The notes below the pieces were generated by a model. That model did not search any database and was not told the DNA's origin. It worked only from the letters and a program-made list of their open reading frames with translations. A stretch of DNA of 32,000 nt from Ktedonobacterales bacterium (lineage in GTDB: Bacteria; Chloroflexota; Ktedonobacteria; Ktedonobacterales; JADMIN01), in NCBI GenBank assembly GCA_030167145.1, contig CP126532.1:3960001-3992000 (forward strand). The letters run 5' to 3'. Positions 1-8,009 of the stretch are shown here, piece after piece; position 1 is the first letter of the stretch; each line of letters starts with the position of its first letter. The translations under genes and the position numbers were made by a program.

Positions 1-1
1 C

Positions 2-1423
2 GACGAACTGCGCGCCGCCATCGCCGACGGCTACAAGCGCCTGCTCGCCCCCGCGCTCGAACGCGAAGTGCGCGCCGAACTGACCCGCACCGCCGAAGAG
101 CATGCCATCAACGTCTTCGCCACCAATCTGCGCAATCTGCTCTTGCAGCCGCCGCTGCGCGGCGCTCCCGTCCTTGGCCTGGACCCCGGCTATCGCACCG
201 GCTGCAAAGTCGCCATCGTAGACACCACCGGCAAGTACATCGAATCCACCACCATCTATCCCCACGCCCCGCGCGCGCAATGGGCCGAGGCCAAAGCCAC
301 GCTGAAAGCGCTCATCGCCCGCCACAACATTCGCGTCATCGCCATTGGCAACGGCACCGCCTCGCGCGAGACCGAGCAACTCGCCGTCGAGGTAATCCAT
401 GAGCTTGAGCGCCTGGGCCATCCCGAAGGGTCGCTGGGCTACGTCATTGTCAACGAGGCGGGCGCATCGGTCTACTCCGCCTCTGAGGTCGCCCGCCAGG
501 AATTCCCCACCCTCGACGCTACACAGCGCGGCACCATCTCCATCGCCCGCCGTTTGCAAGACCCGCTGGCCGAGTTGGTCAAGATTGACCCCAAAGCCGT
601 CGGTGTTGGCCTCTACCAGCACGACGTTGACCAGCGCGCCCTGGCCTCCGCCCTTGACCGCGTCGTCACCTCTTGCGTCAACTTCGCTGGCGTGGACGTG
701 AACGCCGCTTCATCGCAACTGCTGCGCTATGTCTCCGGCGTCACTCAACGCGTCGCTGACAACATCGTCGCCTTCCGCCAGGAGCACGGCGTCTTCACCA
801 CGCGCGATCAACTCAAGAAAGTCGCCGGGCTGGGTCCGGCCACCTTCGTCCAGGCCGCGGGCTTCCTCAAAATCGCGGGCGGCGCTGAGCCACTCGACAA
901 TACCTTCATCCACCCCGAAAGCTACAGCGTTACCCGCGCGCTGCTGGCCCATCTCCCCGGCGGCGCCGACGACGAGCGCGCCGCCGACCGTGTCCGCACG
1001 TGGCGGCTGCTCTCCGGCATGGGGTCGCGCGCCAAAGGCACGGATGCTGCCATCGCCACGCTCGCCAAAGAGCTAGACACCGGTGTGCCAACGCTGACCG
1101 ACATCCTCGAAAATCTCGAAAAGCCCGGACTCGACCCGCGCGACGCGCTGCCCGCGCCCATCCTGCGCCACGACGTGCTCAAGCTCGAAGATCTGCATGC
1201 GGGCATGGTGCTGCAAGGCACCGTCCGCAACGTCGTGGACTTCGGCGCGTTCGTGGATATTGGCGTCAAGCACGACGGCCTCGTTCACGTCTCTGAGCTA
1301 ACCGACCACTTCGTCCGCGACCCGCTCTCTGTCGTCGCCGTCGGACAAGTCGTCCAGGTCCGCGTGCTCAGTGTAGACATTCCGCGCGAGCGCGTCCAGC
1401 TCAGCATGCGCGGCATTTCGTAA
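2..1423 (+). CDS. tex: Tex-like transcription accessory protein (YqgF/RuvC-like, HhH and S1 domains); 5' end lies outside the window
   Basis: The frame is open from the window edge (phase from nt 2) to TAA at 1421-1423. It shows a YqgF-like 'VLGLDPGYRTGCKVAIVD' and a C-terminal S1 domain 'GMVLQGTVRNVVDFGAFVDIGVKHDGLVHVSEL'. Confidence 0.9.
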   Translation, partial: DELRAAIADGYKRLLAPALEREVRAELTRTAEEHAINVFATNLRNLLLQPPLRGAPVLGLDPGYRTGCKVAIVDTTGKYIESTTIYPHAPRAQWAEAKATLKALIARHNIRVIAIGNGTASRETEQLAVEVIHELERLGHPEGSLGYVIVNEAGASVYSASEVARQEFPTLDATQRGTISIARRLQDPLAELVKIDPKAVGVGLYQHDVDQRALASALDRVVTSCVNFAGVDVNAASSQLLRYVSGVTQRVADNIVAFRQEHGVFTTRDQLKKVAGLGPATFVQAAGFLKIAGGAEPLDNTFIHPESYSVTRALLAHLPGGADDERAADRVRTWRLLSGMGSRAKGTDAAIATLAKELDTGVPTLTDILENLEKPGLDPRDALPAPILRHDVLKLEDLHAGMVLQGTVRNVVDFGAFVDIGVKHDGLVHVSELTDHFVRDPLSVVAVGQVVQVRVLSVDIPRERVQLSMRGIS

Positions 1424-1542
1424 CCCCTGGTCGGCATTCTGGCGTAGATGTGCGATTTGCGCGCTCTGGGGGTTGGCCGCCGCGACGCTTTGATGTACAC
1501 TTGCCCTGTGGCTGAGATACCTGCCGGGCAAGTGATGCCCTG

Positions 1543-2982
1543 ATGTGGGGATGCGCGGCGGCTAGAAGCGGGAGTGGCCTGGTGGAAGGTTCGGTTCTCA
1601 AGCGCAAAGTCAATCTCTTTTTGTTCTTCATTCCTCTGGTGTTGCTGATCGAGCCGCTCAAACTGGATGAGCTTCTGGTTGATCGCCTCGCATTGTCAGA
1701 GGATGTCGTCAAGGCAGTCCTGCCCTACGTCGTGTTCTCGCTCTCGGCGCTCTCGCTCATTCCGCTCGCCGGATTCGTCGAAAGCGCCGTCGAAGAACTG
1801 GCCGAACTGCTTGGCCCGTTCATCGGTGGACTGCTGCACACCACCTTCGGCAACGTCGCCGAGCTATTCATCGGTCTCTCGATTCTGCTCTCCGGCATCC
1901 CTCACGCCTCCGAGATCGTCTTGGGGTCCATCGGCGGTGTCATCGTCCGTAATTCACTGCTGGGCCTGGGTGTCTCCACTATCTTCGGCTCCTGGCGCAA
2001 CGGACGCATGAAATTCGATGTCGAGAACGCCACCGAATACTCAACCGTTTTCGTGCTGGCTGTCGTCGGACTCTGCCTGCCGACCATCGTCACCCTGCTG
2101 CCCAACGCGCACGCGGGCGGCGAAGGCGGTGAATCCAGTCTGTTGCTGCCCGGCGGCATCCCATTGACGGTCTATCTGGCAATCGTGCTGCTGCTCAGCT
2201 ATCTCGCCTACCTGGGCTTCGCGGTCTTCCGCCTGGGCGAGGGCTACAACCTCGTTGATTTCCGCAAGCAGCGCCGCCTCGAACGGCTCCAGCGCAAGCA
2301 GGCGAAGCGCGGGTTTGTGCCGTCCGCGCTGGCGACCCTGCCCGACACCGGCGCCCTCTTCGAGGAAGAGCGCGAATCCGCCGAGCAACGTCTCCAGGCT
2401 ACCGCACAGCCTGGGAAGCGTGTCTACGCCAAGGCGGGCATGCTGGAACATAAGAAGCGCATGCGCGAGGCGCGCGGCGAGCGCGGCCTCTTCCACCAGT
2501 ACCCGGTGCTGCGCGGGCTGGTCGCGGCGCTGGTGCTGGGCATTGCCACGGCAGGCGTCGTCGCCATGTCCGAGCATTTCGCCGAGTCCATCGAATCCAT
2601 TCTGAAGGCCAACGCCGACCTTCAGCACTACGAGTTCTTCCTTGGCCTGATCCTGATTCCGGTGCTCACCGGCGTCGTCGAACTCTACGGCTCCATCAGC
2701 GCGGCGCGCGAGAACCGCATGGAAATCGCCATGGCCGTCACCGCTGGCGCGACGATTCAGATGATCCTGCTGGTCGTGCCGATTCTCGTTATCGTCGGCC
2801 AGACCATGGGCCATCCGCTGGACCTCGTCTTCAAGCCCCTGAACATCATCATCTTCTGCGCGGCCACCTTCATCTTCATGCTGCTGAGCCGAGATGGTGA
2901 ATCCACCTGGCTGGAAGGCACGCAACTCTCCACCCTCTGGCTGCTGATCGCCGTGGTCGCGCTCTTCCTGCCGCCACGCTAA
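1543..2982 (+). CDS. CaCA/CAX-family cation (Ca2+)/H+ antiporter-like membrane protein with a long basic central loop
   Basis: Alpha-1 repeat signature 'GNVAELFIGLSILLSG'. The second repeat region 'ELYGSISAARENRMEIAMAVTAGATIQMILLVVP' aligns to the CAX alpha-2 region, but GNAAEH is degenerate. About 10 predicted TM segments. The start is uncertain; an in-frame GTG near 1582 is an alternative. Confidence 0.65.
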   Translation: MWGCAAARSGSGLVEGSVLKRKVNLFLFFIPLVLLIEPLKLDELLVDRLALSEDVVKAVLPYVVFSLSALSLIPLAGFVESAVEELAELLGPFIGGLLHTTFGNVAELFIGLSILLSGIPHASEIVLGSIGGVIVRNSLLGLGVSTIFGSWRNGRMKFDVENATEYSTVFVLAVVGLCLPTIVTLLPNAHAGGEGGESSLLLPGGIPLTVYLAIVLLLSYLAYLGFAVFRLGEGYNLVDFRKQRRLERLQRKQAKRGFVPSALATLPDTGALFEEERESAEQRLQATAQPGKRVYAKAGMLEHKKRMREARGERGLFHQYPVLRGLVAALVLGIATAGVVAMSEHFAESIESILKANADLQHYEFFLGLILIPVLTGVVELYGSISAARENRMEIAMAVTAGATIQMILLVVPILVIVGQTMGHPLDLVFKPLNIIIFCAATFIFMLLSRDGESTWLEGTQLSTLWLLIAVVALFLPPR

Positions 2983-3014
2983 TCGGCGCGTCACAACACG
3001 CGCAACCAAACGCG

Positions 3015-3051
3015 CCGCCGCTTCTCCGCGCTGATGATGGGGAAGCGGCGG
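3015..3051. terminator. GC-rich hairpin between convergent genes (possible bidirectional terminator)
   Basis: Perfect 10-bp stem CCGCCGCTTC (3015-3024) / GAAGCGGCGG (3042-3051) with a 17-nt loop. There is no clear U-tract. Confidence 0.35.
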
Positions 3052-3059
3052 TGTCGCGC

Positions 3060-3320
3060 TCACGTCTGTGGTCGCATCGCCTGCTCACGTGTCACCAGCA
3101 GATAGATGCCATTCGCTTCGATCCGCGAGATGTCCGCTGGCGGCGCCAGATATTCCTCGCTTCTGCCGCGTTCGCCGCGTATCAGCAGCCCCTCCTCCAT
3201 CTTGCCCACGACCATGCCTAATTGCTCGCCATCGCTCGTGAATACCGGCGTGCCAATCTGCGCCATCTGCCAGTCAGGCTCCATGTCGCGCAGGGTCTGC
3301 ATATCATTATCGTCCATCAT
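3060..3320 (-). CDS. Small PRC-barrel/DUF2171-like protein
   Basis: 'IGTPVFTSDGEQLGMVVGKMEEGLLIRGER...YLAPPADISRIEANGIYLLVTREQA' resembles the DUF2171/PRC-barrel pattern. The start was trimmed to MMDDND because an AAGGAG RBS (complement of 3331-3336) lies 10 nt upstream. Confidence 0.5.
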   Translation of the reverse strand: MMDDNDMQTLRDMEPDWQMAQIGTPVFTSDGEQLGMVVGKMEEGLLIRGERGRSEEYLAPPADISRIEANGIYLLVTREQAMRPQT

Positions 3321-3399
3321 GGTTTTCCGTCTCCTTCTCGTTAGCGTCCCACCAGCGTCGCTCGTGTTCACGGATTCGCGGTGGCACTGACGCCAAAAT

Positions 3400-3570
3400 G
3401 TGCAGACCTCGCACGACCCATGCCGATATGCCCGCGCCGTCGCCGATGATGATGTAGCGATCTCCTGCGCGGACGACGGCCCCGAAGGCTATGCCCGCGC
3501 CAAGGCCGTCGTGCCGTTCTTCTGGGTCTCAGGCTATCGCGTCACCGGCGACCAGCACAACGGCGACTAG
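3400..3570 (+). CDS. Possible 56-aa ORF or gene remnant (below the ORF-track length cut-off)
   Basis: GTG at 3400 to TAG at 3568-3570. Codons are overwhelmingly C-ending, like the real genes here. No RBS and no recognisable family. Confidence 0.2.
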   Translation: MQTSHDPCRYARAVADDDVAISCADDGPEGYARAKAVVPFFWVSGYRVTGDQHNGD

Positions 3571-3575
3571 ACGGG

Positions 3576-3938
3576 TTATTCCTGTGCGTCATCCTTGTTC
3601 TGGCCGCCAAGCGACGCCAGCCCCAATCGTGTGCGATCCTCGTCGCTGGCGCGGCCCTCCACCAGCGCATCCAGCGAGGTGGGCAGCGCCGGATCACCCT
3701 GATTCGCGGCGGCGGGACCATTCTGGGTCAGCCACCCCAGCAGGTCATGCCGCCCCTTAAAACTACCGCTCACCTCTTCCAACGCGAAGCTGCCCGGAAG
3801 CTTATATTCTCCCGATGCGCTGGCTTCGCGCTCCTCGTCTTCCCACTCTTTCGCCTCCTGCGCGAGCACAGCAAGGACTTCCTCCATCGCCGCGCGCCAG
3901 CCACGTAGAAAGGCTTCGCGCTCCTGTTGTGTCGCCAT
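3576..3938 (-). CDS. Hypothetical acidic protein
   Basis: 120-aa ORF with a GAGGGG RBS about 5 nt upstream of the ATG and host-like codon bias. No recognisable motif. Confidence 0.55.
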   Translation of the reverse strand: MATQQEREAFLRGWRAAMEEVLAVLAQEAKEWEDEEREASASGEYKLPGSFALEEVSGSFKGRHDLLGWLTQNGPAAANQGDPALPTSLDALVEGRASDEDRTRLGLASLGGQNKDDAQE

Positions 3939-4190
3939 AACGCCCCTCGTTTCAAGCAGGAATCATCTCAAATCGCGGATGTCGCCGGTACGTACCGTCG
4001 CGCCACCTCCGCACAGCTTCCAGACTATCAGATAGTATGCCATCTCGCCAAGTGCCGTATGCCGAATGCCTGTCTCCCCCTACCACATCCACGTCAATCG
4101 CGTAGAATACCCATTGTGGCAGACACGCGAACAGCCCGCTTGGCCCCTGGTGGGGCTAGACATGTATGTCCGCCTCTGCTCTCTTTCCCA

Positions 4191-4248
4191 CCCGCGCAGA
4201 CGGGTTTCGCGGCCGTGGGCCATTCGGGCGCGGTTTCAACCGCCCGCT
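4191..4248 (+). repeat. Copy A of a dispersed 58-nt triple-hairpin element
   Basis: CCCGCGCAGACGGGTTTCGCGGCCGTGGGCCATTCGGGCGCGGTTTCAACCGCCCGCT. It is roughly 80-90% identical, with no gaps, to 14813-14870 and 19261-19318, in the same orientation. Confidence 0.85.
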
Positions 4249-4269
4249 ACTTGTCCCAGGAGACACATT

Positions 4270-5742
4270 TTGACCGGCGAACCAGCGCTAGAAACGCCTA
4301 CAGACGACACCACCATCATCCTCGACCTGCGCGGGCGCGACCTCATACTCATCCCGCCCGCGTCGCTCTGGGCGCTGGATGACGCTGCGCTCTATATCAC
4401 TCTCTTCGGCCCCGACGATGCGCCCGCCGCCCCTGCGCTGCTTGCCCGCGACCGCCGCCACCGCTTCCTCCGCGCCCGCCCTATAGACTTCTCGCGCCTA
4501 CGCGCCGCGCTCCTTGCCACCAATAGCTGGCGCGTCGAAGTCGCCTTCCCCACCGCCCCTTTGCTCCCTCTCCAGCCCACCCTGCAAATGTCCCCGCGTC
4601 CCTACCAGGAAGAAGCGTTGCTCGCCTGGCGCGCGGCAGGGTATCGTGGCGTCGTCGTGCTGCCTACCGGCGGCGGCAAGACCCTCGTCGGCGCGCAGGC
4701 TATCGCTGATCTCGGCCTCTGGGCGCTGATCGTCGTGCCCACCATAGACCTGCTCGGCCAGTGGCGCGATGCCCTCGCGCACGCCCTGGCCCTGGCCAGC
4801 GACGAACATCTCGGCGTCTACGGCGGCGGCAGCCATGACGTGCGCCCCATCACCATCATCACCTACGAATCCGCGCAGCTTCACCCCGAACTCCTGCGCC
4901 AGTTTGGCGTGCTCGTCTTCGATGAGTGCCATCACCTCCCCGCGCCCACCTACCGCCAGATCGCCGAAGGCGCGTATACCCCCTATCGCCTCGGCCTCAG
5001 CGCCACGCCAGAGCGCGCCGACCTGGAGCATCTCGCGCTCACTCAGCTCATCGGCCCCGAAGTCTACCGCCGCGCCCCCGAAGAACTCTCCGCCGCCCGC
5101 TATCTCGCCGCCTATGATGAGCAGCAGTTGACCGCGCAACTCAGCCCCGACGACCTCGCCCGCTACTCCGCCGCCCGCGCCACCTACCGCGATTTCCTGT
5201 CTCGTCGCCGCATCGCCATCACCTCGCCCGCTGATTTTCAGCGCAAGATTCTCTGGGCCAGCGCCCGCGACTCCGCCGCCCGCACCGCCATGCTCGCCTG
5301 GCGCGAGGCGCGTTCGCTCGCCCTCAACGCTCCGGCCAAGCTGGCGCTGCTCGAAACGCTCTTTGCGCGCCACCAGGATGAGCGCGTACTCGTCTTCAGC
5401 GAATACAACACCCTGGTCGAGCAGGTCAGCCGCCGCTTCTGCATCCCCCAGATCACCTATAAGACACCCGCCGATGAGCGACGCCAGATTCTCGAACGCT
5501 TCCGCGCGGGCCAGTACACCAAGCTCGTCACCGGTCGCGTGCTCAACGAAGGCGTGGACATTCCCGATTGCGGCGTAGCCATCATCGTCAGCGGCACCAG
5601 CACCCGCCGCGAGTATATTCAGCGCCTTGGGCGCGTGCTGCGTCCCAAAGCCACCCGCGCCATCCTTTACGAACTCATCACTGAAAATACCACCGAAGAG
5701 CGTGTCGCCGAGCGGCGGCGGGGACAGAAGGGGCAGCATTGA
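4270..5742 (+). CDS. xpb: XPB/Ssl2-type SF2 DNA helicase (ERCC3-like)
   Basis: Motif I 'VLPTGGGKT', motif II 'FDECHH', motif III 'LGLSATPER', motif V 'LNEGVDIP', motif VI 'QRLGRVLR'. The start is placed at TTG 4270 because AGGAGA (4258-4263) lies 6 nt upstream. The ORF-track start at 4066 would translate through repeat copy A. Confidence 0.85.
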   Translation: MTGEPALETPTDDTTIILDLRGRDLILIPPASLWALDDAALYITLFGPDDAPAAPALLARDRRHRFLRARPIDFSRLRAALLATNSWRVEVAFPTAPLLPLQPTLQMSPRPYQEEALLAWRAAGYRGVVVLPTGGGKTLVGAQAIADLGLWALIVVPTIDLLGQWRDALAHALALASDEHLGVYGGGSHDVRPITIITYESAQLHPELLRQFGVLVFDECHHLPAPTYRQIAEGAYTPYRLGLSATPERADLEHLALTQLIGPEVYRRAPEELSAARYLAAYDEQQLTAQLSPDDLARYSAARATYRDFLSRRRIAITSPADFQRKILWASARDSAARTAMLAWREARSLALNAPAKLALLETLFARHQDERVLVFSEYNTLVEQVSRRFCIPQITYKTPADERRQILERFRAGQYTKLVTGRVLNEGVDIPDCGVAIIVSGTSTRREYIQRLGRVLRPKATRAILYELITENTTEERVAERRRGQKGQH

Positions 5743-5743
5743 C

Positions 5744-7921
5744 ATGCGATTCGCGCTCACCGACGTCAAGAAGCGCATCCACCGCCGCGACGGCGAAGCG
5801 TACCTCACGCCACATCTACTGCGCCCCAAAGAGCTTGCGCGCGAGATCGCCGCGCTGATCGCCCTCTACGAATCGTTCGTGGGCCGTCCCCGCGCGGACT
5901 TCCCCGACGATGACATCGCCGCGCTGATCGGGGACTATCGCGTGGCGCGCGGCCTCCAGCTCTGCGCAAGCGAACACTACGAATGGCAATCGCCCGCCTG
6001 GCCCGCGTCCGTAGGGGCGCATGGCGTGCGCCCGTCGCAGTCCCTCGCCGCTGCTGGCATCTCCACGCCCAGCCAGCTACGCCTTGCGCTCTACGATCAC
6101 GTTAATCAGAACTTCGGTGGCTTCCTCACCGAAGTCAACCGCGACGACGCGCTCATCGCCTTCAGCGCCGCCCTCGGCCTCACCCGTGATGCCTTCGACG
6201 AACTGCTCTACCTCGACGCCGATGAACGTGCCGTGCTTCACCGCTTGCGCGACGCTCCCCCCACACCCGCCGCGCTTGCCACCCGCTACAACCAGCTTGC
6301 CGTCGAAGCGCTGCTCTTCAACTCCGCCAGCGTCGAATGGACCATCGCCCCACCCGCCGCCGAAAGTCGCGCCGAAGGGCTGGGCACCATCGTCAAGCGC
6401 GTCTGCTTCCTCGCGCGCCGTATGGGCGTCTCCTACGATGTCGCCTTCGCCCCGCTTGACGATGGCGAACTCCCCGCCGCCCCCGCGCTCCGCGTCGCCG
6501 AGCGCCATGCGCCCTACCTGGCCCCGCTCGCCAGCGCGCCCACTCCCCCCGATCCGCCCCATACATCCCTGGACGGCTATGGCCGCGCCGTCACCCTTAC
6601 CCTCTACGGCCCGCAAGAACTGACCGGCGCGCCGCAGCAGTATGGCGAACGCCTTGCCCGTCTCTGCCGTGCGCTGCTCGGCTACCGGCGTCATGCCGAC
6701 GCAACCGGCGAGCGGAGCGCAGCCGCTCTGAGCCGTTCCGAAGAGCGCAAGCGGAGCGCAGCCGCTCTGAGCCGTTCCGAAGAGCGCAAGCGGAGCGCAG
6801 CCGCTCTGAGCTGTTCCGAAGAGCGCGGCGCCGCATTCTCCGGTGTGGCGCTGCAGGGTGCGGCGCGCGTCTATCTGCACGGCCGTCCGCTCATCTTCCC
6901 GCTAGACGAACGCCTGCTCAAACTGCTCGGACCCGATGCGAACGACGCCCCGGATATAGGTGCCGAACCAACCGACCTCACCTTCGATAGCTCCCTCGAA
7001 GGGGGACTCTACCGCGAATTCACCGCATTGGAGCGCGCGGGCGAGGCCCACGGCTGGTGGCTGGAACGCGAGCCGGAGCCAGTCATCGCCAATGATATCC
7101 TCTACGTGCCCGACTTCGCCCTCACCCGTGGCGCAACTCGCGTCTATCTCGAAATCGCGGGCTACTGGCGCCCCGAATACCGCGAGCGCAAAGTACAAAA
7201 GCTGCTCGCCCTCCGCAACGCCATCCGCCTGCTCGTCGCCGTCCCCGAATCCGCCCGCGAAGCCTTCGCCCCGCTGGACGGCGTCTTTCCGCTCATCTGG
7301 TACACGACTCGCGTCAGCGCCCAGCCAGTGCTGCGCGAACTGGACCGCGCCTACGACGATAGCGCCGTGCGGCTGGCCGCTGTGGATGCGCGCGCCGTGC
7401 TCGCCACCATTGCCGCGCGTGGCCGCATCGCGCCGCACGATGCCATGGACTTGCTCGCCTGCTTCAGCCGCGCCGAGCTAGCCCCCGCGCTGGAGCATCT
7501 TGCCGCAGCCGCTACCACGCATGGGCAGCCCAGCCCGCTCTGGCTCGATGAAGTCGGCCTCTGCTCAGCGGACTGGCACGCCGCCCTCACCCAACGCATC
7601 ACCGCCCTCATCGCGTCCGCGCCTCACAATCGCCTCACGCTTACCGTCCTCCACGCCGAACTGCGCCAGGGCGAGCCGACCGCTGGCGACCTCACCGAGA
7701 GCGCCGTCGAATCGCTGGCGCGCAGCGCCGGACTGCACATCATCCGCGATTCCATCTTCGAGGCCGTGGTCTCGTCCACCGGTGCTACTCCGTCCGCATC
7801 CGTCCCATCCCCACCACATCGTACCGTTTCGCAGGGTCCACGCGCGCAACCCCGCGAGCCTTCACGGCGTAAATCTCGTGACATCCCCTACGCGACGCAG
7901 CCGCTGCTTCCCGAAGCATAG
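5744..7921 (+). CDS. bax1: Bax1/DUF790-family PD-(D/E)XK nuclease-like protein (XPB partner), unusually long at 725 aa
   Basis: The ATG at 5744 lies 1 nt after the XPB TGA (5740-5742). The N-terminus 'LTDVKKRIHRRDGEAYLTPHLL' and the nuclease-type block 'VPDFALTRGATRVYLEIAGYWRPEYRERKVQKL' match the DUF790 pattern. The adjacency to XPB is the canonical arrangement. Confidence 0.75.
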   Translation: MRFALTDVKKRIHRRDGEAYLTPHLLRPKELAREIAALIALYESFVGRPRADFPDDDIAALIGDYRVARGLQLCASEHYEWQSPAWPASVGAHGVRPSQSLAAAGISTPSQLRLALYDHVNQNFGGFLTEVNRDDALIAFSAALGLTRDAFDELLYLDADERAVLHRLRDAPPTPAALATRYNQLAVEALLFNSASVEWTIAPPAAESRAEGLGTIVKRVCFLARRMGVSYDVAFAPLDDGELPAAPALRVAERHAPYLAPLASAPTPPDPPHTSLDGYGRAVTLTLYGPQELTGAPQQYGERLARLCRALLGYRRHADATGERSAAALSRSEERKRSAAALSRSEERKRSAAALSCSEERGAAFSGVALQGAARVYLHGRPLIFPLDERLLKLLGPDANDAPDIGAEPTDLTFDSSLEGGLYREFTALERAGEAHGWWLEREPEPVIANDILYVPDFALTRGATRVYLEIAGYWRPEYRERKVQKLLALRNAIRLLVAVPESAREAFAPLDGVFPLIWYTTRVSAQPVLRELDRAYDDSAVRLAAVDARAVLATIAARGRIAPHDAMDLLACFSRAELAPALEHLAAAATTHGQPSPLWLDEVGLCSADWHAALTQRITALIASAPHNRLTLTVLHAELRQGEPTAGDLTESAVESLARSAGLHIIRDSIFEAVVSSTGATPSASVPSPPHRTVSQGPRAQPREPSRRKSRDIPYATQPLLPEA
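6713..6829 (+). repeat. In-frame 39-nt tandem repeat x3 inside bax1
   Basis: Units at 6713-6751 and 6752-6790 are identical. The unit at 6791-6829 differs by C->T at 6812 and by its last codon. Each encodes RSAAALSRSEERK. Confidence 0.95.
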
Positions 7922-8009
7922 CCGCAAGCCAGTCAGAGACGTGTCATCCACTACCCAACACCCAGAGCATGTACCCCCGATACCCATGTCGGCAGGAAGG
8001 AGTAACGCT

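Noticed and set aside
1500-1532. Riboswitch or leader structure upstream of the CaCA antiporter (hairpin CTTGCCC...GGGCAAG)
   Set aside because: Only a single 7-bp stem with a 19-nt loop is present, and I recognise no conserved riboswitch core (for example yybP-ykoY). It could equally be the tex terminator. The evidence is insufficient.
4066-4269. ORF-track 5' extensions of real genes (4066-4269 xpb; 5627-5743 bax1; 7500-8009 zinc-finger gene; 12174-12452 clpC-like; 21387-21488 rpsF; 26162-26353 recJ; 28366-28479 P450; 31030-31233 Yip1-like; 10233-10409 DUF4870-like; 16486-16515 membrane protein)
   Set aside because: Each extension overlaps an upstream gene, a repeat element or a divergent gene. 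Each also has an internal start with a better Shine-Dalgarno sequence and an N-terminus typical of the family.
4498-5829. Long antisense ORFs opposite real genes (for example 4498-5829, 2041-3063, 6077-6880, 10962-11612, 12377-13328, 13401-14579, 15485-16198, 20101-20688, 24628-25341, 26720-27478, 28738-29442)
   Set aside because: These are typical high-GC shadow ORFs. Their products are Arg/Gly/Ala-rich and lack motifs, while the opposite strand encodes proteins with clear family signatures and RBS-supported starts.
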